The notes under the pieces are model-generated. The model was given only the letters and a program-made list of their open reading frames with translations, had not been told where the DNA came from and did no database searches. A stretch of DNA of 64,000 nt from assembly GCF_006345805.1 (NCBI RefSeq), contig NC_043005.1, forward strand, positions 59,334,001 to 59,398,000, given 5' to 3'. Source of the DNA: Octopus sinensis (taxonomy: Eukaryota). Below are positions 13,925 to 28,340 of the stretch, in pieces. The position numbers were made by a program, and so were the translations under genes. Each line of letters starts with the position of its first letter. The stretch's first letter is position 1.

Positions 13925-14350
13925 CGCAGGAGCGGCTGTGGTAAGTAGCCTTCTTACCAACCACATGGTTCCGGGTTCAGTCCCACTGCTTGGCACCTTG
14001 GACAAGTGTCTTCTACTACTATAGCCTCGGGCCGACCAAAGCCTTGCGAGTGGATTTAGTAGACGGAAACTGAAAGAAGCCCGTCGTATATATGTATATC
14101 TATATATGTATATATGTATGTATGTGTTTATGTCTATATTTTGTCCCCCCCCCAACATCGTTGTATTTGTCCGCACAACATCGTTTGACAACCGTTGCTG
14201 GTGTGTTTACGTCCCCGTAACTTAGCGGTTCGGCAAAAGAGACCGATATAATAAGTAGTAGGCTTACAAAGACTAAGTCCTGGGGTCGATTTGCTCGACT
14301 AAAGGCGGTGCTCCAGCATGGCCGCAGTCAAATGACTGAAACAAGTAAAG
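13925..14350 (+). mobile_element. tRNA-derived SINE, family B, with internal (TA/TG)n microsatellite
   Basis: gcaggagcggctgtggtaag..gggttcagtccc..ggcaagtgtctt..ggccgcagtcaaatgactgaaacaag; matches the 46012, 59290 and 61272 copies. Confidence 0.9.
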
Positions 14351-14478
14351 GATATACTAAGTTCAAAGTCGGCTAATATCAACTCTGCGTTCTTTCGGGG
14401 GTCGATAAATAAAGTATTAACCCAAGGTCGTGGATTGACAGAATTGTTAAGAACGTGGGATGAGATATCTAGCTGTAC

Positions 14479-14566
14479 CTGTTCCAGCTCTTTGTGCTCT
14501 GATTTAGCCAACATGAAACCTGCTGAAAAATCTGCACAAACTCGTAATTTATTATTTTTCTTTAAC
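14479..14566 (-). CDS. candidate exon (LKKNNKLRVCADFSAGFMLAKSEHKELEQ), phase 2 to 0
   Basis: Long T-tract acceptor ttttcatgtag and CAG|gtacag donor; one open frame; in phase with 11643-11750. Confidence 0.45.
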
Positions 14567-15697
14567 CTACATGAAAAAGAAAAAAAAGATAACATTTCTC
14601 TCAAGAGATAGGACCGACAAGTACTATTAGTAATTGAAAATCCAATTGGAAACATAGTTCCTTTTGTTCCATCACAAAATCAGTTGCGATTCAGTGGGAT
14701 ACAATGCTATCTAATCGTAGAACAGTTATACGAAACGTTGCATCTTTTATCAAGCATGGCAACATAGTGTTCCTTCATTTTCTTTCATGTCGGTGTTGTT
14801 GCTTAAGCCAATGTTAGATCATAAAATAGCGAAGTTGTGATCAAAAGCATACAAGTCACGACCAACGTATCTTTCCTTTTCTTTTTTGAGCGTAGAATAT
14901 ATTTACTAAATTATCCAATATTCCCTACCCTTAATAAAATAGATAAAAGTAAAAAGATGGGATTTAAAGTGGGATTGTCAGGCTACGTCTAGGAAAGTTA
15001 GAGCAAGAGAGAAGTATTATATCTGTTGACGATTTATATATCTGTCACGTAATGCCATGAAGCAGAGTTAATTCTCATCCCTATGTATCTTTGTGAGTGG
15101 GAAGAAACCCTCATATTTTGTGTTTATATCCCTTTAGGCAGGGGAAATAGATTGCATTTTACGTTTGTGTTTTCATTTCTTTAGGCAGGGGAAATAGATT
15201 GCTTATTACATTTAGTTTTATCTCTTCTTTGGATGTGCATGGCTTAGTGGTTAGGGGTGTTGTACTCATCATCGTAAGATTATGGTTTCGATTCCTGGAT
15301 CGTGTGAGGTGTTGTGTTCTTGAGAAAAACATTTCGTTTCACGTTGCTTCATTTCGCTCAGCTGGCAAAAGTGAGTAACCCTGCGACGGATTGGCGGCCG
15401 ATCCAGGAGGGAAATATATATTTCCTGAAAACGAGGAAACCAACCCTATGAGTCTATATGATTTGGAAGGAACTTTCTCCTTTTTTTATAGGATTAGGGC
15501 TGGCGAAAGAAAATGTAGGGCTAGAGCTATTAACTTTAAATGTTTTATTGTTTTCTTTGAGCTGCTTTGGACACTCCTGCTGAGTAAAGGATTAAATCAA
15601 ATGCCCGACAAATTATAACTGTTACTGATGTTTAACTCAGCGCCGGCCTTAATGTAGCAAGCAGTCCTATGTTCAAAGGAAGTTCAGCCTTAATATC

Positions 15698-15849
15698 TCA
15701 GAACGTAACGGCAGACGAAATACGGCTACGCATTTCGCCCGGCGTGCTAACGTTTCTGCCTGCTAATATATATATATATTTCTTGATCTAATGCAAATTT
15801 AAATGAAAACCAGACATGATTCCTATTAAATTCATTCATTTCAGTGTAT
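15698..15849 (-). repeat. inverted ~150-bp copy of 17227-17375 (SINE-A head plus its unique 5' flank)
   Basis: The reverse complement matches except for one substitution and the TA count. Confidence 0.9.
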
Positions 15850-15965
15850 ATATCTGTAAGAGTGTATATTATCTGTAAGAGTGTATATTATCTGTAAGAG
15901 TATATTATCTGTAAGAGTGTATATTATCTGTAAGAGTGTATATATCTGTAAGAGTGTATATTATC
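15843..15965. repeat. minisatellite, about 6 copies of AGTGTATATTATCTGTAAG
   Basis: Direct reading. Confidence 0.9.
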
Positions 15966-16351
15966 AATGTGTCTCCCAAATTTTGTAACGGTTATGAGTT
16001 ATCTGAAGGAGATTTGTCTACATTTCTATAGACTAGGAAAACAAAGTATTGAGTGCTAGGACATATAGAGCCAGCTACACGGTTTTCTGGATGTGTAAGT
16101 TGCTGCACTCATGACAATACCTTTTAATGGGACGCCAGTCCGTCGCAGGAAATTATCATTTACAGCCGAGTGGACTGGAGTAACGTGAAATGAAGTATTT
16201 TGCTCAAGAACACAATGCTCGCTCCGGGAATCGAAACTACAACTGCAAGATCGTCAGTGTAACACACCAACTACTATTACACGCGCCATCATACAGACTG
16301 AGGAGGTGTGTAGAATTTAGAGAAGGAGAAATCTCCCGTGCCGACAGTGGT

Positions 16352-16590
16352 AATCCAGGAATCAGGTAGTGAGCTTGTGTTATAAATGGTGACCGGTAAT
16401 AAAGTCAGAAGAAAAAAATGTCACAGAAATAATGTCAAAATTTTGGTAATTTATAAGTTCCGGACAAACCTTCCCCTAGGACAAACCCCAGTCGGGTAAA
16501 ACCTCCTCGGACAAAACCCCACCGGACAAAACTCCTGTAACTGTTTTTCCTGTGACTTTAGTACCGTGACTTTTTTTTTTTACCTGGATT
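16352..16590. mobile_element. small non-autonomous DNA-transposon-like element with subterminal inverted repeats
   Basis: aatccagg...cctggatt ends, aaagtcac/gtgacttt inverted motifs and internal ggacaaa(a)ccc repeats. Confidence 0.4.
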
Positions 16591-17305
16591 CGTTATAAAT
16601 ACCTACCGTTTTGGGGACTGAACTCAAGGAAAAGTATCTCTAGTGAAGTGGACAGCTCTCACAGAAAGTTTTGTATGTTAAGTGCATATTAGCTAGTTGT
16701 TAGCCAGCTAGTTAGTTTGTTATTAAGTGCATGTTGTACGTTAGCTAGAGCTGGCATTGTTAGGAGACTCAGAAGTCCTTATAAACGCAAGAGAAGTGTA
16801 AAACAAAATGATATTTCTTAGTGTGACATTAATACGTTGAAAGTGTCTCGTAGAGACATAACGTTGGCTTTATGATCTGCATAGAAGCATATGGCTCTAA
16901 CTGAATTAGTTAGAGGCTATTGTTTTGTCTCCACCCATTCAGATTTTAAAAAATACACTTTCTGTTTAGTAATGATAAGTAAAGAAGATACATACATTCG
17001 TATAAACACAGACAAACCGACAGACACACACGCACACACATACACAGGCATACACACGTATACATATACATGCTTACACACAGACTAATACATTTTATTG
17101 AAATAATTTATCATGGTACTTGGGTTTCGGTTGACACTAATCAATTCAAATTTCGCATATATGTTTGCGTGAGTAGATATGTATGTATGAATACATGCTT
17201 AAGTATCAGATAAATGTAAATAGTTTACACTGAAATGAATGAATTTAATAGGAATCATGTCTGGTTTTCATTTAAATTTGCATCAGATCAAGAAATATAT
17301 ATATA

Positions 17306-17644
<339 letters not shown>

Positions 17645-17651
17645 TCACAAT

Positions 17652-18606
17652 ATTGTGATTTTAATTATAAATTAATATGTTCTCAAACCTGCAGTAAATT
17701 ACTGGGGTAGTATTTACATCCGGTATTTTCAACGCGCCAGGAATGAGGATATTTGAACGTAACTGCAAATATAATCGGCTGTGCCGTTCGCCTTTGCTCG
17801 GCTCGTATGGATTTTGGCGTTCGGTTCAGCAAATTTTATTTTTGATATACTCTACTGAGGATTCGAAAATGATTGTGTAAGTAAAATTACACAATCTATT
17901 AACGATGAAACAATTGTATAGAGTTAATCTATTTTTTCGTTATTTTTCATTTATCCTGCCCGCTTACATTCTTGGCGTGTTGAATTAATGCTTGAGAACA
18001 ATTCTTCAGTGGTGGATTCCCTTTGCGGATCTATTTCTAGCGTTAGAGTGACCACATGTGGTCTCTCACTTTTTACTTGTATTAATAATTTTTACTGTAT
18101 CACAGTTTTTTTACGCTAGGCCACTTGGTGTTTTAAATTGATGTTATTATTTAATATTCAATTTTTTCACCCTTATTGTGATTTTAATTATAAATTAATA
18201 TGTTCTCAAACCGGCAGTAAATTACTGGGGTAGTATTTACATCCGGTATTTTCAACGCGCCAGGAATGAGGATATTTGAACGTAACTGCAAATATAATCG
18301 GCTGTGCCGTTCGCCTTTGCTCGGCTTCGTATGGATTTTGGCGTTCGGTTCAGCAAATTATATTTTTGATATACTCTACTGAGGATTCGAAAATGATTGT
18401 GTAAGAAAAATTACACAATCTACTAACGATGAAACAATTGTATAGAGTTAATCTATTTTTTTCGTTATTTTTCATTTGTCCTGTCCGCTTACATTCTTGG
18501 CGTGTTGAATTAATGCTTGAGAACAATTCTTTAGTGGTGGATTCCCTTTGCGGATCTATTTCTAGCGTTAGAGTGACCACATGTGGTCTCTCACTTATTA
18601 CTTGTA
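17652..18606. repeat. tandem duplication, 523-bp period, about 1.8 copies
   Basis: 17652-18174 is repeated from 18175 with few differences; a 36-bp perfect palindrome lies at the left edge. Confidence 0.92.
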
Positions 18607-18611
18607 TATAT

Positions 18612-18689
<78 letters not shown>

Positions 18690-18984
18690 AAGAGAATTTT
18701 GTTTCGTATTTTGTCTTACATCTTAAGAGAGTCCAGGATAGTGAAGTTCATAAGTTAATGACGCCTGTAGAAAACTATGAGCTGTGAGGGTGCACCTTAG
18801 AGTTGTGATTCTTTGAGGTATAGGTCAAGCCATATTGTTAGTATTGAGGACTGCGGTGCGTGAAACAGTGTAAGAAGAGATGATGAATAGGTTAATATGA
18901 TTATCTTACACAGAGGAAATACATGGCTTGTTAGTTCACAAGCACATAAACTATTTTAGTAAGTGTTATGGTGATAATAATAAT

Positions 18985-20189
18985 AATAATAATGGAAAAC
19001 CCCTTCCACGTGACGAGTGGTATGTGATAGTCGTTACAAATACTGTAAAGTAGGAAGTCGAGTCGTCGAGAAGTTGGCGATGTCGGTTATAGATAGTTCA
19101 AATCTTTTACTTGTCTAACTAACAATCAGAGTGGACGTTATAACAGTCCGACGTTGGATTACAACAGTAGCAACGAAAAATTAAGAAACTCATGAGGAAT
19201 TTATAAACTCACGGGGATTAAATAAACTCACAAGGGATTTACGAATGTTACGAAAGTATTTTTGTGCGAATTTTACGGTATACTAAATCGTAAAATTATG
19301 GAAGAATTGTTGGCCGGTTTGCTCAAGTTGCAGAAATAGCCACAACAACAACTGCAAGAAGAACAACATCAACTATGACTTCAAGAAGGAGAACAATTAC
19401 TATTACAGCAACAACAAAAACTACAAGAACAACAATATTTACTATTACAGGAACAAATGCTTCAATTAAAAAATAGCAAGTCGTCCAAAAATGTTGAAAA
19501 GATGTTCTCGCCAGATTCGATTACAGACTCAATAACGGAATTTAAGTATGAACCAGACGAATGTGTTACATTCGAGGCGTGCTATAGGAGATACGAACAT
19601 ATCCTCAATAAAGAGTACAAAGATTGGGACGACGATATGAAAACACGTATAATCCTAAGAAAACTGCCAGCACAAGCACTGGCTTGGGAACGAAATTTGC
19701 TTACTGGGTGCAAACCCAGGTCCAACATTTTCTACAAACAAGGTTTTATTTCTTTTTATGTACTTCTGTTTTTTCCTCCGTGAGAAGAAAACTAACGTCA
19801 AGCTATTTTTTACTGATCCTATTTTACGCACTGTTTTCTAAACCCGAGGAAAGTAACTAGGGATGCAAATTTTGATTTGCACCCCTTGCCACCAACACTT
19901 TTAGGAGATGCACCTACACCTCCTGTTCCCGGACCCATGAGCAGAAGAACACGAGCGCTACAGCAATTACGTACTCTCGAAAAACCTTCAGACATAAACT
20001 TTAGAAATACAATAGACGCATTGTGTAAATACCAAATTTATAACTGTATAAAAAGAAAAAAAAGAAAATTAAAAAGGGTGGTGGAGTGCTGTAAAAATTA
20101 TTGTTACTGAAAAGAAAGTTACACTCCCAAAGAAAAAAGCAACTTAAAAGGGAGATGTTATGGGGATAATGATAATAATAATAATAATA

Positions 20190-20245
<56 letters not shown>

Positions 20246-20455
20246 AATACTACTACTAATAATAATAATAATAGAACCCCCCACGTGACGAGTGGTATGT
20301 GCTAGTCATTACAAATACCGTGACGTAGGAAGCTGAGACGTCGGCGAAGTTGGTTATAGATAGACGTATCTTTACATGTCTAACTAGCAATACTGCAATA
20401 CCAGAGTTGACGTTATAACAGTGCGACGTTGGATTACAACAGCAAGGATCGAAAA
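18985..20455 (+). mobile_element. Ty3/Gypsy (K02A2.6-like) remnant: LTR-like direct repeats around a decayed gag
   Basis: Diverged direct repeats at 18985-19175 and 20275-20455; gag peptide FSPDSITDSITEFKYEPDECVTFEACYRRYE..WDDDMKTRIILRKL. Confidence 0.7.
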
Positions 20456-21608
20456 CACTGGGAATTTTAAAGAAACGTTAACAGCACGTAGGTTTTGCCA
20501 TAGTTGCAAACCTCAATTAAAATTCGACCTTGAATTTGGATATGTAGAAATGATTTTAAATTATTTGTTCTAGAGTGCTTATTTTATGCTCTATTCAATT
20601 CCATTAATTGTTGGTATTAACTCCTTTTGTATTCACCTCTCTGCGTAAACTTTCCTACGTATTACGATTTTATACCCAGAGTTGTTCTTTCCCTAATTTT
20701 ACTACCTCCTAAGCTTGCTGAGGCCAGATCACCTGCTCAGTTATAGCAGTTCTGTGGGTGAAGAAGTACCCTTTCCTAGAGACATGCTTTAACAAAAGCT
20801 AAAAGAAACTCCATTGTCTACGGCCTAACAGCACGTCAAATGAATGTGAAGACCCGTGGTTGTATCTGAGGATACCGGGACTCAGACTAGAGAATGGGTA
20901 CGATTTTTTTTATTTATATATAACTTTTACATAACTTTTGGCCAAACATATGTTCATCAAGCTGTGATCATTAGTATTTCAGCTGCATTCTTAGCAAATT
21001 TGACACACATTAATGTCAATTTAGTAAATAAACCATAACAAAGGTATTGTTGATTTGTAGACTGGAAATATTTCTATTAGTGAAGTTTACAAGGAAGAAA
21101 TTAGTAAAACATAATAGGAAGAACTACCAAATAAATAGTAGAGGAAATAAGATTCAAGTGACATTTGATTCCTGTAGAAATACGAGACTGATTTTTAATT
21201 GCCTGAATCTATATTCTATGACGCAATTAATTCTTACAGACTGAATTTTGCTAAATCTACAATTCTAAATTGACTTTTACCAACTCAGTGCAAAACATAT
21301 GCACATAGATACACACATATATGTATTATATATTATATGCTGTGATATCATATATATATATATATATATATATAAAGACATGTCCGGCCCAGCGCATATG
21401 TCGTAAGGTTCACAGACAGCAGGTGGAACCATGCACTTTGCCAAGTGGTATCCAAGGCTCTAAGAGGATACATAGATGAGGTAGTTAAGCGATTTCGGAA
21501 AGATGGAAAAGAATGGGGCAATGAAGAAAGAATTGGAAACGCATTCTGACCCGGGATATATAACACCTGGTAGTGTGGTAGATGCATTATATATATATGT
21601 ATATATAT

Positions 21609-21666
<58 letters not shown>

Positions 21667-21667
<1 letters not shown>

Positions 21668-23962
21668 CACCAGCCGAAAGCTAATTCTAGTGACCTCCCT
21701 CCAGCCCACCCATTTGATAACATGGATCTCCATAATGCCAACTGGGATGCAATCAGGAACGAGCTATCACATGTTGACTGGTCCTTTACACATACACACA
21801 TCTCCACCAACCATAAAACATCTTGGCAGATCTTTGTAGACACCGTCACAAACATATGTGCAAAACACTCCCCACCAAGACCTGTGAACAAAAAGTGCAG
21901 AATCCCCCAAATCAGAAAAACTATTATCAGAAAAATAAAAAGAACAAACAAAAAAAATAACAAACTAAAGTATTGCCAACTGCAACACACACATTCGACG
22001 GCTATCGCACTGCTTGAATCCAAAAAATATAACCTCCAACAATGCATGAAGACCCTCATCAATAACCAAAGATCAGCTGAGGAGAAGTGGGCCATTGAAA
22101 AAATCAAACTCAACCCCAAAGTGTTCTTTTCATTTGCGAGGAAACACAGGGTCACTGCCTCCATTGTTGGCCCTCTAATTGATGAAAATGGCACTCTCCA
22201 AGATAATGCTAAATCCATGGCCGAGATACTGCAGAAACAATACTGCTCTGTTTTCAGCAATCCTGATATGGCCGATCTGGGCTGTATCAGTGATGTCAAC
22301 CCCCAACACACTATATCGGACATAACGTTTGGTGCCCCTGATGTCTTAGCGGCGATAAACGAAATAAAACACAATTCAGCAGTAGGCCCCGATAGGTTCC
22401 CTGCTTGTGTCCTGAAGGTGTGTCGACACCAACTTGCATCTCCCCTTGCTAATCTGTGGAGAAACTCACTGGATGCTGGCTATATTCCAAAAAACCTTCT
22501 GTCCCAGTCTGTTGTCCCAGTTTTCAAAAAGGGAAACAAGTCCCTTGCAGTGAACTACCGTCCGATCTCACTCACCTCTCATATCATCAAGGTATTTGAG
22601 AGGGTGGTGAGATCTCGAATAACCCAATTTCTGGAAAGCAACAGACGGCTGATCTCTAACCAACATGGGTTCCGTAATGGAAGGGACTGCTTAACGCAGC
22701 TCCTGCATCACTTTGATGACATTTTGAGAGCTTTGGGAGAGGGCTCCAACACCGATGTCATCTACCTTGATTTCAGCAAGGCCTTCGACAGGGTTGATCA
22801 CAAGATCCTATTGAAAAAACTATCCAACATTGGTGTCTCTGGAAAGTTACTGAAATGGATCAAGTGTTTCCTGATAGACAGATCTCAACATGTTGTAGTT
22901 GAAGGGGTAAAATCAAGCCCAGCCAAAGTCAGTAGTGGCGTTCCGCAAGGCACTGTGCTGGGCCCACTTCTTTTCATCATCTACATTAATGACATTAATG
23001 ACATCATCAAACACAGCAACATAAAAATCTTTGCAGATGATTCCAAGCTACAGAAGGTCATAAATAAGGCGAGGACCGGACATGCCTTCAGTCAGATCTA
23101 CTGGCTGTTATCCAATGGGCAGAAAAAAACAATATGCTGCTGAACGAGGATAAATTTGAGTTAATCCACTTTGGAAAAGAGGATGCCCTGAAACTCCCAT
23201 ACTCCCTTCCTTCATGTGAAACTCTCGTGGCATCCAACAACATCAGAGACTTGCGAGTAATTGTGGACAACAACATAAGCTGGGCCACTCATATAAACAC
23301 CAAAGTTGACATGGCCCGCAGAATGTGTTCCTGGATTCTCAGAGATATCCACACCATTATCCTTCTGTTCTCCACTTTTGCCCGACCCCACCTTGAATAC
23401 TGTTGTCCACTGTGGTCTCCCCACACAAAACAAAGTATCATAAAAGTTGAAGCACCTCAAAGGGCAATCACAAAAAAGATAGATGGCATGACAGGCCTCG
23501 ACTATTGGGGTCGACTAGAAAAGCTAAAACTTTATTCTCTCCAACGTCGCCGTGAGCGCTACATCATCTGCATGATGTGGAAAATAGTCCATCAGCATTG
23601 CCCAAATGATGTTGGCATCACCTTTAAGGTACATCCAAGGCTTGGGCCCCGTGCCATCCGCCCAAAACAAAAATCGCACTCTCGCCTCATAACAACAATA
23701 CGGCACAATTATTTCACCTCAATTGGCCCCGCTCTCTTTAACATTACACCAAAACACATTAAAACAGAAACAGACCCTATAGGGTTCAAGAAGTCTTTGG
23801 ACAGATTCCTTCAAGAAATCCCGGATAAACCCCCTACACCCGGATATGTCTCTGTAAACAATAACTCTCTACTTGAGTGGGCCATAGTGCCCAAATTCTG
23901 ACTTGAAAGACTTCACCAGGTGGTGCTATTAAGTTAGACATGGCCTGGGTCAATAATGGCCA
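21667..23962 (+). mobile_element. 5'-truncated CR1-type LINE; RT ORF split by one frameshift near 23066
   Basis: Motifs YRPISLTS, QHGFRNGR, YLDFSKAFDRV, GVPQGTVLGPLLFIIYIND, FADD and YSLQRRRERY; (TA)n on both flanks. Confidence 0.95.
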
Positions 23963-24264
23963 TATATATATATATATATGTGTGTGTGTGTTTGTAGCTT
24001 GGAGATTTTCTATCAGGCCTGGAATAAATTGTTCAGTAAGTCTCATCATGTTACTGAATATTTTCTTAAAAACCTAGCATTAACCCATTTACCTTCGAGA
24101 AGACCCATGTCAAGGAATTCATTCAATAAAAGAAATCGTCAGGTACCAGTTTTCCCTTTCATTCTGTTAGCATTTTTGCATTTGTACATGGTACTCTAAC
24201 TTTTATTTTCTATGGAAATGCAGCTATTTTTTTTTCAACGGTTACATCACTTCAGAATATTGGT

Positions 24265-24450
24265 TTCAAATTTTAGGACAAGGCCGGCAGTTTCAGGGGA
24301 GGGGTCAAGTCGATTATAGTACTCGACTGGTACTTATTTTATCGACCTCGCAAAGGATAAAAAAGGCGAAGTCGACCTCGGCAGAATTTGAACTCAGAAT
24401 GTAATGGTAGACTAAATGCCGCTAATCATTTTGCCTTCTGCCGCCTTATC
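24265..24450 (-). mobile_element. older SINE-A copy
   Basis: Core and B-box similarity to the other A copies. Confidence 0.75.
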
Positions 24451-25419
24451 TCTTGAGAATATTAAAATAAGTTCGCCTTCAAAAATTTTTTAAAAAAGAG
24501 TATTTTTCTGCACTAATTTCACTAATATGCTCAATCAAATCTTACCGCCAACCGTTTCAAACAGCTGAAACGGAAGTTATGTGTTTCAAAATCTAGAAAT
24601 GTGTACCTCATGTCATTGCGCTTCAATATTTCTAATATTACATTAGTTAAAATTAAATGGGTGTGCTGTTACCTCCTTGTGAATTAGACCGAGGAGAGTT
24701 ATTCTTAGGCAAAATTTGAGTTGCTTTTTCTGCCGGGTATTAATTGCAAGTCTTTTCGTGCGGAGAAAAAGGAAAAACAAATAAAAGATGATAACCAATC
24801 AAATAGCTCATAATGCAATTAAGCAGTGTATCAATAAGCCACACCCGTCTTCTGCAGAAAAAAGAATGTATTGTGTCAGTAAGTCACACCCGAAAATAGT
24901 AGTCCGAGATTTATCCTGTTACATGTTTTAGTTATTAGACTGTGACCTTGCAGGGGCACGGCCTTGAAGAACTTTTAGTTGAACGAATCGATCCTAGTAC
25001 TTATTTTTATGGTATTTATTATGTCGGTGTCATTTGCCAAACTACTAAGTTATGTGGACGTAAACAGCAACAGTTACACGCACATACGCACCTGACAGGC
25101 TTCTTTTAGTTTCTATCAAATCCACTGTCAATGATTTGATCAGCTCATGGGTATAGTAGAAGATGACATAGTCTGGGGCTATGTACTTGGGAAGGGATCT
25201 TCTTACACTAGCGCTGCTGCGCTTTGAAACTATTTACTCATTGGGTCACACATATAAATATATACTAACTACACACACAAACGTACAAACACTACGAGAA
25301 AAGGCAAACAAACAGTAATCGCTGTGAGCGTCATCAAATGACTAAGAACGATAATCTCAAGATATCTACAAATTTATGGAATTAACATATCATTAAGGAA
25401 AAGATATACTATCTCTTAC

Positions 25420-25539
25420 TTTCGTCTTTGGTGGCATAAACACATCTGTGGATACGTATTACTGCATCAATAGACGTCATCCACACACACAGTGTCCAAA
25501 CTTGATTGCTTCCAGCTAAATCCGGAAATTTCTTGAGTC
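25420..25539 (-). CDS. candidate exon (GLKKFPDLAGSNQVWTLCVWMTSIDAVIRIHRCVYATKDE), phase 1-1
   Basis: Strong acceptor tccttttcactttctcaag and donor gtaaga; 120 nt with one open frame. Confidence 0.6.
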
Positions 25540-25724
25540 CTTGAGAAAGTGAAAAGGACATACATGCTGGAACAGGAAGTGTATATTTAAGCATACGGTA
25601 TACTGACCGTAATACTAATCTAAAAAATATACTCATATGTCAAGTAGAGGAAAAATGGGCTAATTGGAATATACATATACATATACATACATATACATAC
25701 ATGCATACACATATATATACATGC

Positions 25725-25757
<33 letters not shown>

Positions 25758-25846
25758 TGTATGTATGTATGTATGTATGTATGTACGTATGTATATGTGT
25801 GTGAGTGTGTATGTATATGTATGTCTGTATATGCTTGTATGTATGC

Positions 25847-25883
<37 letters not shown>

Positions 25884-25980
25884 GCATATATATGTATGAG
25901 TGTCAAACTAATAGAGTCCTTGTGCACGTTCTCTTGTCTGTTATTAATTTTATTGCTCGTTTATTTTAATAGACTATATG

Positions 25981-26040
<60 letters not shown>

Positions 26041-26577
26041 ATATACTGCTCCATGATATTTATGTATGTATATAATTATTGTACACCCATTATAATTCTA
26101 CAAAAAAACAGTCAGAAATATTCTGAAGGCAATTAAACGATAATGAGGAAAGTGCAGTATAGAAATTAAATGTTGGTAAATCGGAAGAAGCACAAGTAGA
26201 GAGGGAATATGGATGGATGTTTTGATATGTGCTATTGTGTATGAAGCTTATATGTTTGTGTGTACGTGCTTGTGTCTGCGTGCGTGCTTTGCGTATGTGT
26301 TTGTGTGTGTGTGTGTGAATGTAAATATATAGGCACATAATATATATGTACATTTCGAGTAGTTTTTGTAACATGAAGTTCGTCCTCTACTCTTCTACCA
26401 CAATATCCACACTTCAACATCGATAGTTCTCCATCAATTACCTTGAAACCTATTTTTAACATTAATAGGGCAATTTTGATTATGAGATCAATATTTCTTT
26501 ATGTGCCTATTAGACTTCTTTTCCCATCAATTAGTATGTTATTTTGTTAAAACAGTTTTATTTTATAGTAAGCAGAG

Positions 26578-27163
26578 GAAAGGATAAAAACCGCCTTTGG
26601 TCATGAATGACGATGGGATTACACCTAGAAAGTTCCTCTCCAAGGTACAAGTCCGTGTAAGGTTATTTATGGAAGACCAGCAGTCGTCTATGCATACTTA
26701 TTTCTTTACTACTCACAAGGGGCTAACCACAGAGAGGACAAACAAGGACATACAAACGGATTAAGTCGATTATATCGACCCCAGTGCGTAACTGGTACTT
26801 AATTTATCGACCCTGAAAGGATGAAAGGCAAAGTCGACCTCGGCGAAATTTGAACTCAGAACGTAGCGGCAGACGAAATACCGCAAAGCATTTCGCCTGG
26901 CGTGCTAATGATTCTGCCAGCTCGCCGCCTATGCATACTAGTCTCCCCTCTGCATGCTAGCGATGCTGTCCAAAGGAAAGGCAAAGGGGCCGATGCATCT
27001 AGGCACCAGTGACGTCGCAACTCATTTCTACAGCTGAGTGAACTGGAGCAACGTAAAATAAAGTATCTTGCTCAAGAACACAACAGAAAGTCCGGTCCGG
27101 AAATCGAACTCACTACCTTATGATTGTGAGCTCGATGCTCTAACCACCGAGCCATGCAACTTC
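26578..27163 (-). mobile_element. SINE family D interrupted by a SINE-A insertion (26699-26928)
   Basis: Both halves align to the intact copy at 62235-62580; TSD ctatgcatact at 26688-26698 and 26929-26939. Confidence 0.9.
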
Positions 27164-27239
27164 CCATAGTATGCATATTGTTTACTTAAATACATCCTTC
27201 ATATAATCCATTTTTTATTATAACACAAAACGTCATTGT

Positions 27240-28340
27240 AATCTCTATTCTAGGCCTAAACTCTTACCATTTACTCCTTTAGCAAGTTCATCGGGAATTA
27301 ATACGTCCACCCGCAGAGATTCGATCTCATTTTGTAGTGCTACTTTTCACTTATGAGGTATATCGACATGGTTGGTCCTTTTCCGTGTCGTCCTGATAAC
27401 TAGTGGAGCAGTTACAACTTTAGCAGTGGAATAGATGAGGTTATATAAGGATGTTAGGTCATTTCCCTTACTTTTTGAGATCTGTCTAAGAGCAGCATTA
27501 TATATCTTTATTATGTTATTTTTTAAGGTGTATCACTGCTTTGGTAGCGGCCCTCTATTGATCATGTCAATAAATTCAGTGTTGCTGAGTTCTGTCATAT
27601 CTTCTTTTGCTTCTATGTTCTTCTCAACATTATTCACCTCAAATTCTGTGTCATTTCTATTCTGGTATTCTTAAGGTAGGTATACTTTCTCCACTTTTTC
27701 CGCATATCTTTTCTTCGCTGTTCTTTCTTCAGCTTCCTGGAGAGGTTGGGGGGTACTGCTCGTACACTGGGCTCTGCGTATCTGTTACCTATTTCATCTG
27801 CATTGTTGCTGTTTTCATATAGTCTACTGTGAGATATTTGTGTCCTGATTTGGCTAATTTCAGCGTCAGTTAAGCTTTTATCCTTAACGATGTTTCTACG
27901 TACATTACTCAATTTATTGGCATCTATATTTCTGCGTACTTCGTTGCCTACAAATTTGCTCCATGAAGTGTATCTTTGTCCAATGAGGTTATTGTTTGGG
28001 GTGATGAGTAGGAAGCTTTCAACTCATCTCTATAATCCTCTCTAGTTCATTTCATGCGTTTTGCTTTAGATGGTATTTTTAGAGGCGACACTACAGGTCC
28101 AAGGTTAGAATTATCCTGGTTCTGGTTACTTGGTAGATAGTTTTTAGAGTGTTTGTTCTAGCAGCGACTTTTCGACCCCAGTCTGCTTATCCATTGGTAC
28201 CGCGGTCCTTGTTATCCCGAGAGATTACCGATTCGGCATGAGTCTTGGCTTGTCATTGACGGTGACGATATGAGACTGCTCTGTTTGTATAGAATTGACA
28301 TTTTGGCATGACACCGCTTCTTTTTTCTTCGAATGGATAT
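27240..28340 (-). pseudogene. 5' part of a decayed R4/Dong-like non-LTR retrotransposon
   Basis: Peptides WTREDYR and NVRRNIVKDKSLTDAEISQIR; resembles the N-terminal region of this clade from recall only. Confidence 0.55.

Noticed and set aside
14479-14566. KKNNKLRVCADFS resembles the K02A2.6 Gypsy RT motif
   Set aside because: No other RT motifs flank it and it has splice sites, so it is kept only as a candidate exon; a retroelement origin cannot be excluded.
21667-22374. 235-aa antisense ORF
   Set aside because: It is the antisense shadow of the CR1 RT frame.
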